Position numbers and translations under genes: made by a program. From a bacterium (GTDB lineage Bacteria > Desulfobacterota > DSWW01), in NCBI GenBank assembly GCA_040756235.1, contig JBFLZG010000103.1:8686-72685 (forward strand): 64,000 bases of DNA, written 5' to 3'. Positions 26,873 to 37,521 of this stretch are shown here, piece by piece. The notes beneath the pieces are model-generated. The model was given only the letters and a program-made list of their open reading frames with translations, had not been told where the DNA came from and did not search any database. Positions within the stretch are counted from its first letter, which is position 1; every line of letters starts with the position of its first letter.

Positions 26873-28729
26873 ATGAAGAAAGGAATCATCATCTCTGTTG
26901 CGGTGATCTTGTTGGCGGTACTCGCTGGAATTGTCTTCATGTATCAATTGATGCTCAAACCCGTACACCGTGCGTACGAGACCGCTCCCGTAACGGAGCG
27001 CGTGACCGTATCCGGCAAGGTGGTGGGGTTCGTCGAGGACAACGGCAGCCATGCTTGGCTCGGCATCCCCTATGCGAAGCCTCCGGTGGGAGAACTGCGC
27101 TGGAAAGCGCCACGTCCTGCAGATCCATGGGAGGGCACGCTGCGGGCATTGGAACTGAGTCCCATATGTACGCAGTATGGCGGTCTGATGGGCGATGTGT
27201 CGCCCCTTGCGTTCGAAAAGCCTGTCGGCGAAGAGGATTGTCTGTTTCTCAACCTATGGGCTCCGGCATTTACGCCCGAGTCGATCCCCCGAGGCAGCGG
27301 CCGGCTGCCGGTCATGGTATGGATTCATGGCGGGGGCAACAGCGTGGGGCATGGAGGCTCTTACAACGGAAAAGTGCTTGCCGAGAAGTACAAACTGGTT
27401 GTGGTTACCTTCAACTACCGCCTCGGACCTCTCGGTTGGTTCGCCCATCCCGCACTGAGGGAAGAGGGTGCAGCGCCGGAAGACGGGTCCGGAAACTACG
27501 GCACCCTCGACATTATCGCCCTGTTGGCCTGGGTGAGGGACAACATCTCCTCTTTTGGCGGCGATCCCGGGAACGTGACGGTGTTCGGTGAATCCGCCGG
27601 CGCCACGAATGCGATGACCATGCTCCTTTCTCCCAAGGCCGGGGGTCTGTTCCACAAGGCCGTCTCTCAGAGCGGCGGGCTGTTCACCACCGTCATGTCG
27701 AAGGGGGAAGACTACCATGAAGCTGGGAAGGGAGGGCACAAATTCAGTTCCCGGGAGGTGATCAACAGTCTCTTGATCGCGGACAACATGGCTGCGGACA
27801 GGGAAGCAGCCAAGGCATATCAGGCCAAAATGACGAACGAAGAAGTCGCTGACTATCTGCGCAGCAAGAGTAGTGAAGAGTTGCTCAGTGTCTATGAGCC
27901 GGGCCCGGTGGGCATGACCTCCATGCCCGAATATTTCCGTGACGGCCATGTCCTGCCTACCGGCTATCCGCTCAGCCTCTTCAAGGATCAGAGCACGTAC
28001 CATGCGGTTCCCGTCATTGTTGGTACCAATCGGGATGAAAACAAGACATTCATGTCGATGAATTCGGAATATGTGAATCTGCTCGGCGTCAAGGACCAGG
28101 ACGACTATGACATGGTTGCCGGATACCGAGACAAGGGCTGGAAGGAAACGGGCGCCGATGAGATTGCTGCTGTTCTCAGGGAAACACAGGGAGCCAGTGT
28201 GTACGTCTACAGGTTCGACTGGGACGAGGAGCCCTCGTTGCTTGGAAGCGACATGAGCAGACGGGTGGGCGCAGGCCACGGGCTGGAGATTCCGTTTGTG
28301 TTCGACAACTTCGAAGCGCTGCTTATGGGTTTCCGTCTCTTCTTTTCCGACCGGAACCATGCGGGCAGAGAGGCTCTCGCGGGCAGCATGTCATCCTATT
28401 GGGCTGAGTTCGCTTACTCCGGATCGCCCGGCAGGGGCCGGGACGGCCGTGAGGTGGAATGGAAGGCCTGGGACAATGGGGATGGCGGCGACAAGTTCAT
28501 CGTTTTCGATACCCCGGAGGACAGAGGTATACGCATGTCTTCCGATACCGTAAGACTGGTCGACCTGCAGCAGATGATTCTGACCGAAACCCGTTTCAAG
28601 AGCCAAGAGAAGCACTGTGAAACCTATGCCTGGATATTCGGGATGCAAGAATACTGGGACCAGGAGGAATACGAGAAGCTTGGGGAGCAGGGCTGCGGCG
28701 ACTATCCGAGGGAACGCTTTGAGTGGTGA
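26873..28729 (+). CDS. Carboxylesterase type B, N-terminally anchored
   Basis: WLGIPYAKPPVGELRWKAP, EDCLFLN, WIHGGG, GESAG, HGLEIPFVF. Confidence 0.93.
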   Translation: MKKGIIISVAVILLAVLAGIVFMYQLMLKPVHRAYETAPVTERVTVSGKVVGFVEDNGSHAWLGIPYAKPPVGELRWKAPRPADPWEGTLRALELSPICTQYGGLMGDVSPLAFEKPVGEEDCLFLNLWAPAFTPESIPRGSGRLPVMVWIHGGGNSVGHGGSYNGKVLAEKYKLVVVTFNYRLGPLGWFAHPALREEGAAPEDGSGNYGTLDIIALLAWVRDNISSFGGDPGNVTVFGESAGATNAMTMLLSPKAGGLFHKAVSQSGGLFTTVMSKGEDYHEAGKGGHKFSSREVINSLLIADNMAADREAAKAYQAKMTNEEVADYLRSKSSEELLSVYEPGPVGMTSMPEYFRDGHVLPTGYPLSLFKDQSTYHAVPVIVGTNRDENKTFMSMNSEYVNLLGVKDQDDYDMVAGYRDKGWKETGADEIAAVLRETQGASVYVYRFDWDEEPSLLGSDMSRRVGAGHGLEIPFVFDNFEALLMGFRLFFSDRNHAGREALAGSMSSYWAEFAYSGSPGRGRDGREVEWKAWDNGDGGDKFIVFDTPEDRGIRMSSDTVRLVDLQQMILTETRFKSQEKHCETYAWIFGMQEYWDQEEYEKLGEQGCGDYPRERFEW

Positions 28730-28740
28730 TCGGTGCCTGC

Positions 28741-28825
28741 GCGCTCCACTACCTGGAGTGCGGCGACTTGCACAACGGTTTTGCCCGCATCCGCTGCGAC
28801 GCCTGCGGCACGGAGAGGGTCGGCA
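28741..28825 (+). mobile_element. IS91-family transposase zinc-binding domain remnant
   Basis: Translates as HYLECGDLHNGFARIRCDACG, then loses similarity. Confidence 0.7.
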
Positions 28826-29342
28826 GCCGCACTCGAACCCGAGCAGGAAAGCGCGCTCCGCGGCGAGCAAAGTGAGGTCATGGCCCTGGCCATGAGATAG
28901 TTGAAGTCGAGGAGACCAGCCCGGTCAGCGACAATTTCGGGAAAAACCCCGCCACCGCCACACCGATCTGGGCGGTTGCCGCAGCCAGTTGACGCTCGCT
29001 CGCTCGCACACCCAGCCCTCCGGCCCCTCTCGTTCCGGTGGCGCCCAGGGGGGAAGCTCAGCGCATGAGCATTGCGGGCCCAGCGCCTGTCGGCACTTCC
29101 GGATCTCTTGCCCACGGTCGACCTTCAGGCTCCCTACGCCAACGTCCGTGGTTGCAGTTACGGTTGAAGCCCGGACCGGGAGGCCTGAACGGCTTGAGGG
29201 AAAGCCTGTCCCCGGCGTCCAGGGTGGACCGAACGCCCGGAAGGATGCGTCTATTAGAGAGAGATCGGGGTAGGGGGACGAGCGCTCGGACGCAGAGGGA
29301 GAGTTCCACACTTTTCGGGTGAGCCCCGGAGGAGTTGAGGAA

Positions 29343-30926
29343 ATGGAGGCTTCGGTGGAGTCCGCGTCGGTCATCGTTGTGATCCTGGGCGGGGCCGGCG
29401 ATCTGACATGGCGCAAGCTCGTCCCAGCGCTCTGGCATCTTGCTGCAGGAAAATGGCTGCCGGAAAAGTTAGCCGTCGTCGGCGCCGACCGGAAGGCAAT
29501 GCCGGAACAGGACTACGCAAAACGCCTCCGCGACGGGGTGAGCCGGTTCTCCCCTGAGAGGCCACCCGAGGGGCCCGCCTGGGACGAGTTCATTCGAAGG
29601 GTTTCGTACCTGGAGCTCGACTTCGCCGATCCGGCCGGCTACCGGGCCCTTGCGCAGAAACTGGCGGGAATCGAGAAAAACTGGGACAGCAGGTCCAACC
29701 GCATCTTCTACCTGGCGATTCCGCCCACGGCCATCGAGCCGGTCGTCAACGGATTCGAGAGGGCCAGGCTCGAGCGCCCGCGGGACCACGTGCGGATCGT
29801 GGTCGAGAAGCCCTTCGGGTGGGATCTCGCGTCCGCGAGGTCGCTCAACCGGATGCTGAGGGGGGTGTACGAGGAGAGCCAGATCTACCGGATCGATCAC
29901 TACCTCGGGAAGAGCACGGTCCAGAACATCCTGGCTTTCCGCTTCGCCAACGCCCTGTTCGAGCCGATCTGGAACCGCCGGTACATCGACCACGTGCAGA
30001 TCACGGTCGCCGAGCGGGTCGGAGTCGAGCATCGGGGCGGTTATTACGACAGGGCCGGCGCGCTCCGGGACATGATCCAGAACCACCTGATTCAGATTCT
30101 GTCGCTCATCGCAATGGAGCCGCAGGTTTCGTTCGAGGCGAACGAAATCCGGTTCAAGAAGCTCGACGTCCTGCGGGCGATCCGGCCGATCCGGCCGGAG
30201 GACGTACGGTCCGTCGCGGCCCGGGGCCAGTACGGCTCCGGCTGGCTCGAGGGGGAGCGGGTGAGGGCCTACCGCGACGAGCCCGGAGTGGACCCGCAGT
30301 CCAACACCGAGACGTACGCGGCGCTGAAGCTCTACCTGGACAACTGGCGATGGCAGGACGTTCCCTTTTACCTGCGCACGGGCAAGAGGTTGCCCGCCAG
30401 GATCTCGACCGCCTGCATCCAGTTCCGGCCCGTGCCGCACCAGTCCTTTCCCTCCAGCGCCATCGGCGAGTGGCAGCCGAACCGCCTGGTCATCACCATC
30501 CAGCCGGACGAGGGCATCTCCCTCCGGTTCCAGGTGCAGCGCCCGGAGTTGACCGTACGGCTCGGCCCGGCCGAATTGCGGTTCAGCTATCGGGAAGCGT
30601 TCAAGGCGTCGCCGCCCGAGGCATACCAGACTCTGCTCCTCGACGTCATCCGAGGCGATGCGACCTTGTTCAAGCGCGCCGAGCAGGTGGAGGCCGCCTG
30701 GGCCTTGGTCGCCCCTGTCCTGGAGGGCTGGGCCGCTACCCCGCCCTCGGATTTCCCGAACTACGCTGCGGGAGCCTGGGGCTCGGAGAGCGCCGAGATC
30801 CTCATCGCCCAGGACGGACGGAGGTGGCTGACTCCTTCTTTGCCGGACTCGGGCGAGCCCGTCGAGCGTTCAGACACTCACCCGGACAAGGCCGAGGGCT
30901 CCGACATGGATTCGGGCCCATCCTGA
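29343..30926 (+). CDS. zwf: Glucose-6-phosphate 1-dehydrogenase
   Basis: [40 protein letters not shown]. Confidence 0.97.
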   Translation: MEASVESASVIVVILGGAGDLTWRKLVPALWHLAAGKWLPEKLAVVGADRKAMPEQDYAKRLRDGVSRFSPERPPEGPAWDEFIRRVSYLELDFADPAGYRALAQKLAGIEKNWDSRSNRIFYLAIPPTAIEPVVNGFERARLERPRDHVRIVVEKPFGWDLASARSLNRMLRGVYEESQIYRIDHYLGKSTVQNILAFRFANALFEPIWNRRYIDHVQITVAERVGVEHRGGYYDRAGALRDMIQNHLIQILSLIAMEPQVSFEANEIRFKKLDVLRAIRPIRPEDVRSVAARGQYGSGWLEGERVRAYRDEPGVDPQSNTETYAALKLYLDNWRWQDVPFYLRTGKRLPARISTACIQFRPVPHQSFPSSAIGEWQPNRLVITIQPDEGISLRFQVQRPELTVRLGPAELRFSYREAFKASPPEAYQTLLLDVIRGDATLFKRAEQVEAAWALVAPVLEGWAATPPSDFPNYAAGAWGSESAEILIAQDGRRWLTPSLPDSGEPVERSDTHPDKAEGSDMDSGPS

Positions 30927-31231
30927 CCCTGACCCTCCGGGCCGCACCGCCCGTGAGAGGGGCAGCTCCCAAAGCTGCCTGCGCTGTCCGGGAAACCCGA
31001 TTGACCCCCGCCTGCATCGCCTACGTGGGGACCGCCCGGGACGGCAGGTCCCACCCAAGTGACCGAAGCTCAGACAAATGCTGGAAAAGAACTACGTCGC
31101 AGAGTTATATATCATGAGCGAGGTGGCGCAGACCTTTTTCTCCCGTTACATCGAGCTTGCTCGACAGACTCCAGAGGATCGTGACCCGGATCCTCATCGC
31201 CAGCCTGTGACCAGGCAGGAATACTAAACCG

Positions 31232-32710
31232 ATGAAACTCGCTCGCAGGCTCATGACCGCCTTCCTGCTGGCGCTTCTGGTCTTGCTGGCGGCGGACGCG
31301 CTGTGGACAGTCTGGGAAGAAGTTGCACGCTACGACCAGGACCGGCAGCGCGAGGCGCTCCTGCTCGGCCGGGTCCTCGCCGGACACATTGCCGAGATCT
31401 GGAAGACCGATGGCATCGAACGGGCACACAAGCTCATCGAAGACGCAAACAGGAATGCTCGTCCCCTCCAGCTCCGCTGGGTCTGGCTGGATGGCTCTGC
31501 CAAGGAGCCGCCGCAGGTTGACCAGGCGCTGCCGCAGCTCAAGGAGGGGCGCATGGTCGTCGTGCGCGTCAGGGGACCTGCGGAAACGGACCGGCTGGTC
31601 GCCTATATACCCGTACGGCTACACGGGGGATACCGGGCCGCCCTGGAAGTTTCGCAGGCTTTTGCGCCCATGCTCGTCCACATGAGACGTGTCTTGATTC
31701 GCAGGATTCTGCTGTTGGCCGCCATGGTATTTGCCTGTGCGATTCTGGTGTTCGGGCTGGGTGCGTCGCTCGTTGGCAGGCCGGTGCAGAGGCTGGTCCG
31801 GCAGGCCCGGCAAATCGGCGCAGGCGATTTGAGGAGTGAGGTGTCCCTTGGCCCAAGGGGGGACGAGCTCTCGATGCTGGCGGACGAGATGAACCGGATG
31901 GTGGCGCAGCTTCGCGGGGCTCAGGAGAAGCTCCAGGACGAAACCTCCCGCAGGATCGCCACCCTTGAGGAGTTGCATCATGCCGAGCGGCTTGCCACGG
32001 TGGGGAAGTTCGTCTCGGGGCTGGCCCATGAGCTCGGCACGCCCTTGAACGTCATCTCCGGTCGCGCCAAGATGGTCACGACGCAGGAGCTCTCCCGGGC
32101 CGAGGTCGCCGAGTACGCAGGAATCATTCGGGAGCAGTCGGATCGGATGACCGCGCTTGTGCAGCAGCTTCTGGCGTTCTCGAGAAGGCACATCCCGAAA
32201 AAGACCACCTTCCCGCTGCGGGACTGTGTCGAACGGGTTCTCGACGCCCTTGGGCCGATGGCCAGAGAGAGGCACATCACGTGGAACAGGGTGGAAGAGA
32301 CCGCGCGGCCGGTTCATGTGACCGCCGATGCCGCCCAATTGCAGCAGGTCCTGACCAACATCGTCTCCAACGCGGTGCAGGCCATGCAACGCGGCGGCAC
32401 CATCGAAGTAGGGATCACACGAGAGGAGGCGGTCTCGCCCGTAGGGGGGGAAAGAACAAAGGAGCCGTATGCCTGCGTGAAGATCCGCGATCAAGGGGAG
32501 GGAATCGCGCCGGAGAACCTCGAGCGGATCTTCGACCCGTTCTTCACGACCAAGGGAATCGGCGAAGGCACCGGCCTCGGGCTCTCGATCGCCTATGGGA
32601 TCGTCCGGGAGCACGGCGGCTGGCTGGCGGTCGAGAGTGAACCCGGCAAGGGCAGTTGCTTCTTCATCTATCTGCCATTGGAGACGAAGGCATGCAGCGG
32701 CGCATCCTGA
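31232..32710 (+). CDS. HAMP-domain sensor histidine kinase
   Basis: Two TM segments, HAMP, H-box [10 protein letters not shown]1/F/G2 boxes. Confidence 0.95.
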   Translation: MKLARRLMTAFLLALLVLLAADALWTVWEEVARYDQDRQREALLLGRVLAGHIAEIWKTDGIERAHKLIEDANRNARPLQLRWVWLDGSAKEPPQVDQALPQLKEGRMVVVRVRGPAETDRLVAYIPVRLHGGYRAALEVSQAFAPMLVHMRRVLIRRILLLAAMVFACAILVFGLGASLVGRPVQRLVRQARQIGAGDLRSEVSLGPRGDELSMLADEMNRMVAQLRGAQEKLQDETSRRIATLEELHHAERLATVGKFVSGLAHELGTPLNVISGRAKMVTTQELSRAEVAEYAGIIREQSDRMTALVQQLLAFSRRHIPKKTTFPLRDCVERVLDALGPMARERHITWNRVEETARPVHVTADAAQLQQVLTNIVSNAVQAMQRGGTIEVGITREEAVSPVGGERTKEPYACVKIRDQGEGIAPENLERIFDPFFTTKGIGEGTGLGLSIAYGIVREHGGWLAVESEPGKGSCFFIYLPLETKACSGAS

Positions 32711-34056
32711 TCGTCGATGACGACAAGAGCATGGGTGAAATGCTCGAGGCGCATCTGGGCCGGAAAGGATTCTCCGTTGTCTGGAAGGTTTCGGCGCAAG
32801 AGGCGTTCGCCGCGGTCTGCGCAGAGGACTTCGATGTGGTGCTGGCCGACATCCGCATGCCGGGCGAGGACGGAATCTCTCTGTGCGAACGGGTCGTCAC
32901 CAATCGTCCGGACGTGCTGGTGGTCGTCATGACCGCCTTCGGCAGCCTGGAAACGGCCGTCTCTGCCTTGCGCGCAGGCGCCTATGATTTCGTGACCAAG
33001 CCCGTGGACCTGGACGCGCTGGCGTACACCCTCAGCCGGGCCGTACAACACCGCGCGCTGCTGGAAAGAGTCCGGATTCTCAGCCGGGCCGTCGAAGAAT
33101 CAAGGCGCTTCGATGAGCTGGTAGGCGCGAGCCCTGCCATGAAGAGACTGTATGATCTTCTCGCGCGTGTGGCGCCCCTGGATTCCACCGTTCTGCTGGC
33201 AGGAGAGTCGGGAACGGGAAAGGAGCTTGCGGCCAGGGTCCTCCACGGGCTGAGCGGCCGAAGCCAGGGCCCCTTCATAGCCGTCAACTGTGCGGCCATT
33301 CCCGAGGCGCTGCTGGAGAGCGAGTTGTTCGGGCATGTGAGCGGCGCCTTCACGGATGCCAAGGCAGCCCGCAAGGGCCTGTTCGTGCAGGCCCATCGGG
33401 GAGCGCTCTTCCTGGACGAGATCGCGGAACTACCCCTCTCCCTCCAGCCGAAACTGCTGCGGGTTCTCGAGCAGCGCACGGTTCGTCCCCTGGGCGGCGA
33501 TGCGGAGATCGCCGTGGATATCCGCATCCTGGCCGCTACGAACCGCGATCTGGAGTCCCGCGTGGATGAAGGCAAGTTCCGCGCAGACCTCTTCTATCGC
33601 ATTCACGTCATCCCCATCGAAATACCTCCGCTGCGAGCCCGGGGCAACGATGTGTTGCTGCTGGCGCGACATTTCCTGCAGGATTTCGCTGCGCTCATGG
33701 GAAAAGAGGTGGCGGGCATTTCGGATGCGGCTGCCGAAAGACTGCTGGCCTATGACTGGCCGGGCAATGTGCGCGAGCTGCGCAACTGCATCGAGCGCGC
33801 CCTGGCTCTGGCCCGCTTCGACAAGCTTGCCGTCGAGGACCTGCCGGAGAGGATCCGGGCCTACCGTTCCACGCCTTTTCAGATTGGGAGCGAGGATCCG
33901 GCTGAGCTTCTGTCCATGGAAGAGGTGGAGCGCCGCTACATCCTGCACGTGCTCAAGCTGACCGGCGGAAACAAGACGACGGCTGCCCGCATCCTGGGCT
34001 TCGACCGAAAGACTCTTCACCGCAAGCTCGAACGCTACGGCAGCCCAGGGGAGTAG
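32692..34056 (+). CDS. sigma54-dependent NtrC-family response regulator
   Basis: Receiver domain, GESGTGKE, GAFTDA, FLDEI, WPGNVREL, Fis HTH. Confidence 0.96.
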   Translation: MQRRILIVDDDKSMGEMLEAHLGRKGFSVVWKVSAQEAFAAVCAEDFDVVLADIRMPGEDGISLCERVVTNRPDVLVVVMTAFGSLETAVSALRAGAYDFVTKPVDLDALAYTLSRAVQHRALLERVRILSRAVEESRRFDELVGASPAMKRLYDLLARVAPLDSTVLLAGESGTGKELAARVLHGLSGRSQGPFIAVNCAAIPEALLESELFGHVSGAFTDAKAARKGLFVQAHRGALFLDEIAELPLSLQPKLLRVLEQRTVRPLGGDAEIAVDIRILAATNRDLESRVDEGKFRADLFYRIHVIPIEIPPLRARGNDVLLLARHFLQDFAALMGKEVAGISDAAAERLLAYDWPGNVRELRNCIERALALARFDKLAVEDLPERIRAYRSTPFQIGSEDPAELLSMEEVERRYILHVLKLTGGNKTTAARILGFDRKTLHRKLERYGSPGE

Positions 34057-34114
34057 GAGTCCAGTGCTCTATCTTCCTGATCTACGTGGCCGCAGTCATT
34101 CGTGGGGCGCTCGC

Positions 34115-35539
34115 ATGAGCCGATCCCCAAGGGTCCTTCCAAAAGGATTCGCGTCGTTGTTACTCGGCGCTGCCCTTGTCCTGCAGGCATCGCCGTCAGA
34201 TGGCGCTGAGATCGTGGAGCAATCGATTGCCCATGAACCCTTCGGAACGCTCACCGTCTATCGTCCCCCGCGGACGCCCAAAGGATTGCTCCTGCTCGTG
34301 TCGGATGTACCCGGATGGAACGCTGAAATGACGGAGCTGGCCAGAGCGGTCAGCGCACTGAGCTATCTTGTCGCGGGCGTGGATCTCAAGAGCCTCCTTT
34401 CACGAACGGACGACCCGGCTTTGCCCTGCTGGAATCCCCTGGCGGACTTCGAGGACCTCAGCCGCTTCCTGGACGAGCGGTATGCTCTGGGCCAGAAGAG
34501 GCCCGTTCTAGTGGGGTACGCTGCCGGCGGTTCCCTGGCGTATGCCGTCCTGGCGCAAGCACCTGTCCATTCGTTCCACGCGGTTATCAGTCTGGAATTC
34601 TGCCCTCGCCTGGCGATCCGCAGGCGCCTCTGTCCGGGTCAACAGCACCCAGGCCCCGGCGCTCGCGAGAGCAAGGGCCAAGCCTTGATTCCCCGAGAGC
34701 ACCTGGAGACAGGATGGTTTGTATTTCTTTCCGATTCCGCGTGCCCGGACGAAAAGCCCGGCGATTTCGTGAACCGCATCGACAACGCCCGACCGGTTAC
34801 TCTGCCCGGGGAAAGCCCGGGGATGCCGGAACAGAAGGCCTGGCAGCCCCAGTTGCTCTCGCTCCTGCAATGGCTCGACCCAGGCATCCCGAGGCAGGTC
34901 CGGCCGGATGCGGATCTCCATGGGGTCCCCTTGATCGAAGTCAACGCCGCTGGCGGCACGCCTCCGAATCCCACGATGGCGGTCCTGCTCTCCGGAGACG
35001 GCGGCTGGGCGGAACTGGACCGTTCGGTCTCGGCCGAGCTGGCAAAGCGCGGAATCCCGACGGTGGGGTGGGACTCCCTGAGCTACTTCTGGAAGCCAAA
35101 GACACCGGACCAGGCAGGCTTCGATCTCGAGCAAGTTCTGCGGCATTACACCCGGGCCTGGAACAAGGACAAGGTCATCCTCATCGGCTACTCTCTGGGC
35201 GCTGACGTGCTGTCCTTCATGGCAAACCGCTTGTCTCCGGAAATGAAGAGCCGGGTGCTTCTCGTGGCCTTCCTGGGACTGGGCCGGCAAACCTCCTTCG
35301 AATTCCATTTGACGGATTGGCTCGGCTTCTCTTCGCAGAACAGCCTGCCCGTGGTGCCGGAGGTGGAAAGGCTGACGTGGGCAAAACGCTTGTGCATTTA
35401 CGGCGAGCAGGAGCCCGACAGCGGCTGTCCGGATCTGTCCGGCAAAGGGGTCACCCTGATCAACCTGCCGGGGGACCACCATTTCGGCAGGGACTATTCC
35501 GGCATTGTAGGCCGTCTGCTGGAGTGCGCTCTCAGGTGA
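34115..35539 (+). CDS. acvB: AcvB/VirJ-family lysyl-phosphatidylglycerol hydrolase
   Basis: LSGDGGW, VGWDSLSYFW, IGYSLGAD, LPGDHHF; tandem alpha/beta domains. Confidence 0.85.
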   Translation: MSRSPRVLPKGFASLLLGAALVLQASPSDGAEIVEQSIAHEPFGTLTVYRPPRTPKGLLLLVSDVPGWNAEMTELARAVSALSYLVAGVDLKSLLSRTDDPALPCWNPLADFEDLSRFLDERYALGQKRPVLVGYAAGGSLAYAVLAQAPVHSFHAVISLEFCPRLAIRRRLCPGQQHPGPGARESKGQALIPREHLETGWFVFLSDSACPDEKPGDFVNRIDNARPVTLPGESPGMPEQKAWQPQLLSLLQWLDPGIPRQVRPDADLHGVPLIEVNAAGGTPPNPTMAVLLSGDGGWAELDRSVSAELAKRGIPTVGWDSLSYFWKPKTPDQAGFDLEQVLRHYTRAWNKDKVILIGYSLGADVLSFMANRLSPEMKSRVLLVAFLGLGRQTSFEFHLTDWLGFSSQNSLPVVPEVERLTWAKRLCIYGEQEPDSGCPDLSGKGVTLINLPGDHHFGRDYSGIVGRLLECALR

Positions 35540-35817
35540 TCCGGCCTCAAGACGCCGGACGCAGGCCACGCGGATTCGGCGGGGGCCGTCGTACGCCAGG
35601 GCGCAGGGCCTGCGCGGGTGTTCTCATTCCTGGTGCTCGGTGCGGAGGTCTCGATGTCGGCGGTGCTCCGGGTCTCTCAGTACGGACACCTCAGCCAAGT
35701 AAGCAGGATCGCCGGTTCTTACGAAAAAGGCCTGGTTGGATTCATCGTCCCTGCTTGCTTGCAGAGATCCTGAAGGGCTTATTCCGCAGCCGCGCTTGAC
35801 GGCGAGACTCGCCCCGC

Positions 35818-35833
35818 TGGCACGCTCTATGCT
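35818..35833 (+). promoter_or_regulatory. Candidate sigma54 promoter
   Basis: TGGCACGCTCTATGCT. Confidence 0.6.
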
Positions 35834-35890
35834 GCATGCGGTCCATGGAGATCGAGCTCACGATCCTCGCGGGACATACGAGGCTGGGAG

Positions 35891-36343
35891 ATGCACTCTT
35901 CGCGACGGTCAGGGCTAGACGCGGAGCATGAGGGAAGCCGGGAGGTCCCCCTCCAGGACCGCTGCCGCTATCTTGTCCTCGCTCCCAAGAACCCCGCCAT
36001 GCTGGAGTTTCTCACATCCGCTCTGGCAAAGTCCGGGTTCGAGGTGATCGCCTGCCATGATTGGATGGAGCTTTCCTCCCATCTCAAGAAGGTTCTGCGC
36101 AGGGGCCCAAATCGCAAGGTCAACGTGGTCGTTTTGGACTTGCAGAGATCACGTGCTTTCTCTAAGGACTGGTTGGGCTTCGTCCGGGGAATCCCTGCCG
36201 CAGTTCCGGTCATTCTGATCACCGCGTTCGGGGACACCCAGACGTACGCCCTTGCTCTCCAGTCCGGAGCCAGGGCCGTCTTCTGCCAACCCTTCGAGTT
36301 GGACGAGCTGCTGCGCGCGGTGCGGGAAACGATCCCCTCGTAG
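35891..36343 (+). CDS. Stand-alone atypical receiver-domain protein
   Basis: VVVLDL, PVILITAFG, QPFELDEL; acidic pocket and conserved Lys are degenerate; start uncertain. Confidence 0.7.
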   Translation: MHSSRRSGLDAEHEGSREVPLQDRCRYLVLAPKNPAMLEFLTSALAKSGFEVIACHDWMELSSHLKKVLRRGPNRKVNVVVLDLQRSRAFSKDWLGFVRGIPAAVPVILITAFGDTQTYALALQSGARAVFCQPFELDELLRAVRETIPS

Positions 36344-36387
36344 ACCTGAGCCGTTGTCAGCCCCTTCCAGCGATGGAAGACTCTTGC

Positions 36388-36421
36388 TGGGGCATTTTGC
36401 CCAGGCGGGGCAATTTGCCCT
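36388..36421. promoter_or_regulatory. Tandem palindrome, putative enhancer (UAS) copy 2
   Basis: Same 34-mer as 22226-22259, ~90 bp upstream of a sigma54 motif. Confidence 0.65.
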
Positions 36422-36508
36422 GGCGGCAGGGCAGGCCTGCAGAGTCTTTCCGTGCTTCTTCCTTGATCTATTTCCAATCCGTGGCCCGCAATCTCCACAC
36501 CTTCAGGC

Positions 36509-36524
36509 TGGCACATCCTATGCA
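36509..36524 (+). promoter_or_regulatory. Candidate sigma54 promoter
   Basis: TGGCACATCCTATGCA. Confidence 0.65.
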
Positions 36525-36662
36525 CCCACGGTCCTGGACAGCAACAAGGTGGCCGTGGGGTCGCGGTTCTCCAGTAAATCGAGGAGGCAATGAAATGCGC
36601 CTCACGGCCTGCGAATCTCCGGAGAGATCGAGCATCTCTCCAGCCTGAAAGGAGGCAGACAC

Positions 36663-36989
36663 ATGAAAAAACTCACCGTATCCGTGGCAGTGGTCTTGGC
36701 CGCATGGATGGTGGTGTCGTCCTTCACGCCTCAGGTGATGGCGGCCCCGCGGCTCTATTCCATGGCCGGCAAGATCCAGGCTGTCGATCCGGTACACAAC
36801 ACGGTGGCGATCAACATCCCGGAGGGGAGGGGGAACTTTACCGTCGCTGGAGCGGTCAGCAGCCACGCCACATTGAAGATGAACGGCAAGGCTGCACGTC
36901 TGGCCGATTTCAAACCGGGTGATCGTGTCCACGTCAAATGGGAATCCACGTCCAACGGTCATCTGATCGACATGCTGGTAAGGGGCTGA
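36663..36989 (+). CDS. Small periplasmic OB-fold-like protein
   Basis: AGGAGG RBS, signal peptide, GKIQAVD...LADFKPGDRVHV pattern. Confidence 0.75.
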   Translation: MKKLTVSVAVVLAAWMVVSSFTPQVMAAPRLYSMAGKIQAVDPVHNTVAINIPEGRGNFTVAGAVSSHATLKMNGKAARLADFKPGDRVHVKWESTSNGHLIDMLVRG

Positions 36990-37092
36990 GAGCGAGGACA
37001 TCTTCAGAGAAAGATTTGTAGCCACGCCCCAGGGCTGCACCCGTTGGCGTGAGTGTTGCCCGGGGCGTGCTTCATCCAGGCGGGAAAAAAAC

Positions 37093-37521
37093 ATGGCCAC
37101 AGTGATGACAACCCATGAGTTTTGGAAAGGGAGAGGGAACGCGAGGACGGACGTGCAGCAGATGCAGGTCCGCGCGGCAGAGCGGCTGACGATCCTTTCT
37201 CTTCTACGCACGGGGGCCGTTGCCTTGGCGCTGCCTGTGTGCGTGCTGGTCATCTTGACCTTGACGGCCAACGATTACGACGCAGCCAAGGAGTTTGGCC
37301 TTCTGCTTCCCCTGTTGGTGGGCTGCGGAGGTCTGGCTCTGGGAGGCTTGTACATGGTGCTCGAGGCGGTCGTCTCATTGCAGCGCCTGGACCGACGGAG
37401 CGCGGATGCGAACCCGGCTTCTTTGAAGAAGGAGCGTCTACTCTTTGCGGTTCCTGATCCAGAATCCGGCTTCTTTCATCTTCCTTCCCTTCCATCACGT
37501 GAAAGGACATCCATATGTTGA
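37093..37521 (+). CDS. Hypothetical two-TM membrane protein
   Basis: Two hydrophobic segments; overlaps the start of the degP-like gene. Confidence 0.5.
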   Translation: MATVMTTHEFWKGRGNARTDVQQMQVRAAERLTILSLLRTGAVALALPVCVLVILTLTANDYDAAKEFGLLLPLLVGCGGLALGGLYMVLEAVVSLQRLDRRSADANPASLKKERLLFAVPDPESGFFHLPSLPSRERTSIC

